Positions 59,795 to 64,000 of a stretch of DNA of 64,000 nucleotides are shown here, piece after piece; within the stretch, counting starts at the first letter, position 1, and every line of letters starts with the position of its first letter. The stretch spans positions 248,001 through 312,000 of the forward strand of contig NIVC01000127.1 in the NCBI GenBank assembly GCA_002269645.1, in the 5' to 3' direction. Source of the DNA: Macrostomum lignano. Lineage: Eukaryota. The notes beneath the pieces were generated by a model. The model had not been told where the DNA came from and ran no database searches. It was given only the letters and a program-made list of their open reading frames with translations. Made by a program: the position numbers and the translations under genes.

Positions 59795-61836
59795 AACCTG
59801 ATTTGCGCTTTTAGCACGCTGAGCTGAAGGTTTATGTTTCATTGTACCTTAGGGTATAATATAGTGTTTTAAATTTCTATAGCTTTACTGTAATTTTTGC
59901 GAATTGTGAATTTCATACAAGGTGAACGTTAATAACTAGAACAGAAAGAATAAAACAACGCTGCAACGCAGCTGGCACAAACAGCTGTAATTATCGCTGA
60001 TGTGTCTTAGAGTGAAAAATAATGACTTAAAGAAACCACTAGAATTGGCAGCTACTAAAGTGGCAGCTATTTTTACGAGGGGTTTTCAACTGCATGAAAA
60101 TTACACAAATGAATATCGAGCGCGGCTCGATCTAGTCAAGGAGAGCAACTTTACAGCTGCTTGAGCTGAACCACGTCAGTGATTTTTAGTAGCTGTTTTT
60201 CACACATTTATCATAATATTTATTTTGCCACATAGAATGATAAAAAATCAAGTCAAAGTGGCCCGTAAAAGCTAAACTATCAAATTTATATTTGTTTTTA
60301 AAAACGCCTCGCATAAAATGCAGTGCAAAAATTACAATCGTTTAACGTTATCAATTTTCTTACAAGTAAAAAAAATTATTCAAACAAATAGCCATTATAA
60401 GTTAACTTTGCATTAAAACGAACATCTGACAATACAACTAATTGAGGATATAAAAATCAATTGAATGACGAGAAGTTATGAAACTGATAAATCAAAGCTT
60501 GCGGGTTTTTAAAACTATTTATGTTTAAATAATAACAAACACTTTTTTATTCAGTTAATAAAGCTTGTTTCTGGTATGCAAAAAGCAACATTTATTTTAG
60601 TTGAACTTCATATTTGCAAACTAAAACGCATGTATGTAAATATTTTAGATTATTTTTGTAAATTTGAAAGACATTTTGCTGCAAAATGCCAGCTATAATT
60701 GCGAAGTAAGTACGTACATGCGTTAGTGGGGTCAGTGCTAAGATGCTTTACAAAGATATTTTTTATGATTTTGTTTTCATTGGAAGATTTATTTGACTAA
60801 CTGTTTTAATGCTAAAAATCCTGAAATCTAATGCAACTAGTGGATTTTAAGCAGAATTATCGGTCTTGCTCGCTAATCATGAGTTTACAACAGAACATGG
60901 TGTCGCCGAGTCGGTTATGGCAATGGCTAGAGTTCCGGCACCGGAACCCGTTTTCTAACGGCTATGGATCCGGCAGTGCCATTATAATATAGACAGAACA
61001 TTATATTTTTCTTTCTACAGGTGGCTGATATTGAGATTTTGTTCTAGATATCAAGACGATATGATAAGATTCGAAACAAGATGCTATAGATACTAGACTA
61101 GAATCAGGTCAATCAGATTCAGACTCAGTCTCAGTTATTAAAAAGGCATGCCAATGAAGTTATATAGACAATAGGTACAACAATAATCCTGTATATGTAA
61201 ACCTAAGCTCACGAGTATAAGTCTGTGGCCATATAGTATGTCTGATAAATAGAAACAATTTTATTGATTAGAAAATTTTATTTTGCCATGGCATTGTTTG
61301 CATTATGAATAGCTTTGCCTATGTTATGTAATTATTTTATGATTTATTACCATTTGCTAGTTAATGGTTGTTTGAGGGTTTTTAATATATAATATAATTC
61401 TCTTCTATTGACCAAATTAAATTTTTAACCTTAAATTATATAAACCAGGCCTAGGCCTATGCCTAATTTAATCAATATCCCTAGACTAAGAGGGTCAATT
61501 TTTTGTTTTTGATAATTGATAATATAAGAATATTGGCTTATTGTAGCTAAGAAACTTAGAAAGGAAGGTATCCAGATAGAAAAAAATAGACATTCCATTA
61601 GCTTATATGACAATGGCACTAGTGCTAGGCCTAACTATAATTTAAGCAAGTAACATAAGGTAGAAGTATAGATTAGGCTTATCTAGTTCCTAATCTTGCT
61701 AGTGCTATTTGCTACCTATCTTTGGACATGGTAGGCCTACTAGTATTTATAAAGTTGCAATCTGGTCACTTGGCAGCCTTGGTTTTAGAAGGGCTAGCAC
61801 TGGCATTGGTATTGCCACTGCTATAAGCCATTAGTA

Positions 61837-62738
61837 CCATAGTCCAGATCATGCTAGGTGCATGCCCAAATAAAAATTCAATATCTATAAATGAATACTA
61901 AAAAAATGGAATGCATGCCTATTTTCAAAACTATGCTGGTATTGCGACAATAAAATTACCTTTTATTTTGTGACAAGAAAATTACCTTTTATATTGTGAC
62001 AATAAATTAGGGCCTGACCTTTTTTGAATTGCATAATGGATCCATTAATAGATAATTTGGTATATTTTTTCCACATGATTCTATATAGTGTATACCAAGT
62101 ATACTATTTTGTTAAGAGTGGTCCATGCCAATTGTGCATGCCTACTTTTGGTATGCAAGGCCAATGCCACACTTTGGATCATGTAGTATATGCCCAAAAA
62201 TTCGGGCATGCATTGGCCTTTCACACTAAAATTAGGCGTGCACAGTTGGCGTGCAATCACTCCTAAGAAAATAGTATGTGTACACACCTGGTATGCACTT
62301 TATAGAATCATGCGTAAGAGTTATTGTGAAGTTAAAAAAGATGAAAAAAGTTATTTTTAAGCGCAAATTTCAAGCTTTCTAGTTTTTTCAAGCTTGTAAA
62401 AGAGCATTTAAACAAATCTCTATGTGAATAAATTTTCTACTGTAAATATTGCCAAAGTATCGCCAAAAAAGAATAAAAAGCAACCAAATTATCTGGTAAT
62501 AAGGGTCTATAATAAGGGTCTATTATGCAATTTAAAAAAGGTCTTTTATTGTCATAATGTAAAAAAAGTCATTTAATGTTGCAACACTAGTAATTTTTGA
62601 GAATGGGCATGCACAACATTTTTTGGTGTGCATTTGTAATTATTAAATTTTTGTTAGGGTATGCACCTAGCATGATCCAGACTATGGGGCCAATGCACAT
62701 CTAAATTTTCTGATGTATATTATGATCCAGAGTGTAGC
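61837..62738. mobile_element. MITE(s) with about 31-bp inverted repeats
   Basis: ccatagtccagatcatgctaggtgcatgccc (from 61837) is an inverted repeat of gggtatgcacctagcatgatccagactatgg (ending 62687); related TIR-like copies near 62170 and 62715-62738. Confidence 0.7.
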
Positions 62739-64000
62739 ATTAGCAGAGTGAATATTGTCAATTCTAGCATTTGGAATTTTGGATGGGATGGATAGTGTTT
62801 GATCATTGATAGATTTTAAAATGTCATGAGTTACTAGAAAGATTTACTAATCTTAATTGCTAAATTGTTTGGATTATAATATTTTATTATATAGTTTTTA
62901 ACTTTTTAAATTTTAAAATGTTATAAAAATAAAAGGTCAATCTATCACTAAAATAATGAAATTGATTGAATCACTAACATTGATTACCTTTTTAGTATTT
63001 ACTTTAGTCTTTTCTATTAGAACTATTATTATTAAAGTAACACTTTGTTATCCTAACCATTAATCATATTTTTGACACTTATTCTATTACTTTATCAGCT
63101 ATGGTATAAATATATACACTTTGCTATCTACTCTTTAGACATTATCATATATTTTTTTACATGAAACACTTAGCTATGTGTAACTTTGTTAGCCAATTTA
63201 TATCAATAGTCATAAGAGGCCACACTTACTACACCTAAATGCATATAACTTTTTATATATAGGATAAAAACTTAAGACATATATGTATATTACTATGCCA
63301 TAGCTTAGCTGACAATGCTATCATTGTTAAAATATGTGCTTGCTATTTTTTACTAATTGGTTATTGGCAAAATCTGCAGGTGTCTTATATTTTCACTTTA
63401 ACCCATAGTTTGGATTGTGTATTAGTGTATACTAGGTCTATTGGGGAAAAATACAGGATCTTTTTGTACACTAGGACTAAAACGTTTTTATTATGTATGC
63501 CAAAGTTGTACACCTTTGAGGCATGTGCATCCTTTAAGTTTGCTCAATTAGAAATTAATTTTTTATTCATGTAGGGTAAAAAAACTAAAAAATCATGCAC
63601 TTTTACAATGTTCATAAGAGAAGAGAAGACAATTATAAAAGAAATAATTTTTATACTTCTTATTCACTGAAAATGTAAGAAAATTAAGTTTTTTAGGGCA
63701 TGAAATTTGACTTTTTTATTATAATTATTTGTTCCTATTGACAATGTTACATGTAGCATATCTTACATAAAGTCACTTTAATTTTTTTGTAGATACTACC
63801 ATAGATGTAAGCCAACAATTTTCTACTGTGTCATGTATGCCAGAATGTATGTTGATGTATGCTGAAAAATGGCAAGTACCCTTGTACACCAAGAAATCCT
63901 GGCATATATGTTGCCTTCCAAACTGTGAACTTCAACTAGCTATATCTTCATCTAGCTATAGCTTCTTATACATCATAGTTATAAAGAAATTCTGAGAATG

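Overview
This is eukaryotic (metazoan invertebrate) genomic DNA, not prokaryotic. GC-rich exons are separated by GT-AG introns that are often filled with minisatellites, with AT-rich spacers and decayed transposons between genes. The style, plus a metazoan USP gene, is consistent with a Macrostomum-like flatworm or another lophotrochozoan (inference only). Eight protein-coding genes can be reconstructed by hand with phase-compatible splice junctions: glutamine synthetase (+, 5 exons), a divergent Wnt (-, 4 exons), a divergent mitochondrial ClpX (+, at least 5 exons), ATP synthase subunit d (+, 2 exons), a single-exon neuropeptide precursor with 15 copies of FNGGMF-amide (-), a universal stress protein (-, 2 exons), a Dmrt factor with two DM domains (-, 2 exons) and GGACT (+, 2 exons). 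Mobile elements are a dead mariner, a dead piggyBac bounded by TTAA whose right end is an inverted copy of its own left end, LINE fragments (RNase H-type and RTE), MITEs and a tRNA-derived SINE. Most long ORFs in the supplied track are artefacts of tandem repeats. The most interesting observations are the FNGGMFamide precursor, a Wnt lacking the WCC finger tip, a ClpX lacking clear ClpP-docking and substrate loops, the twin-DM Dmrt, and intronic minisatellites carrying splice-site-like motifs in their repeat units.
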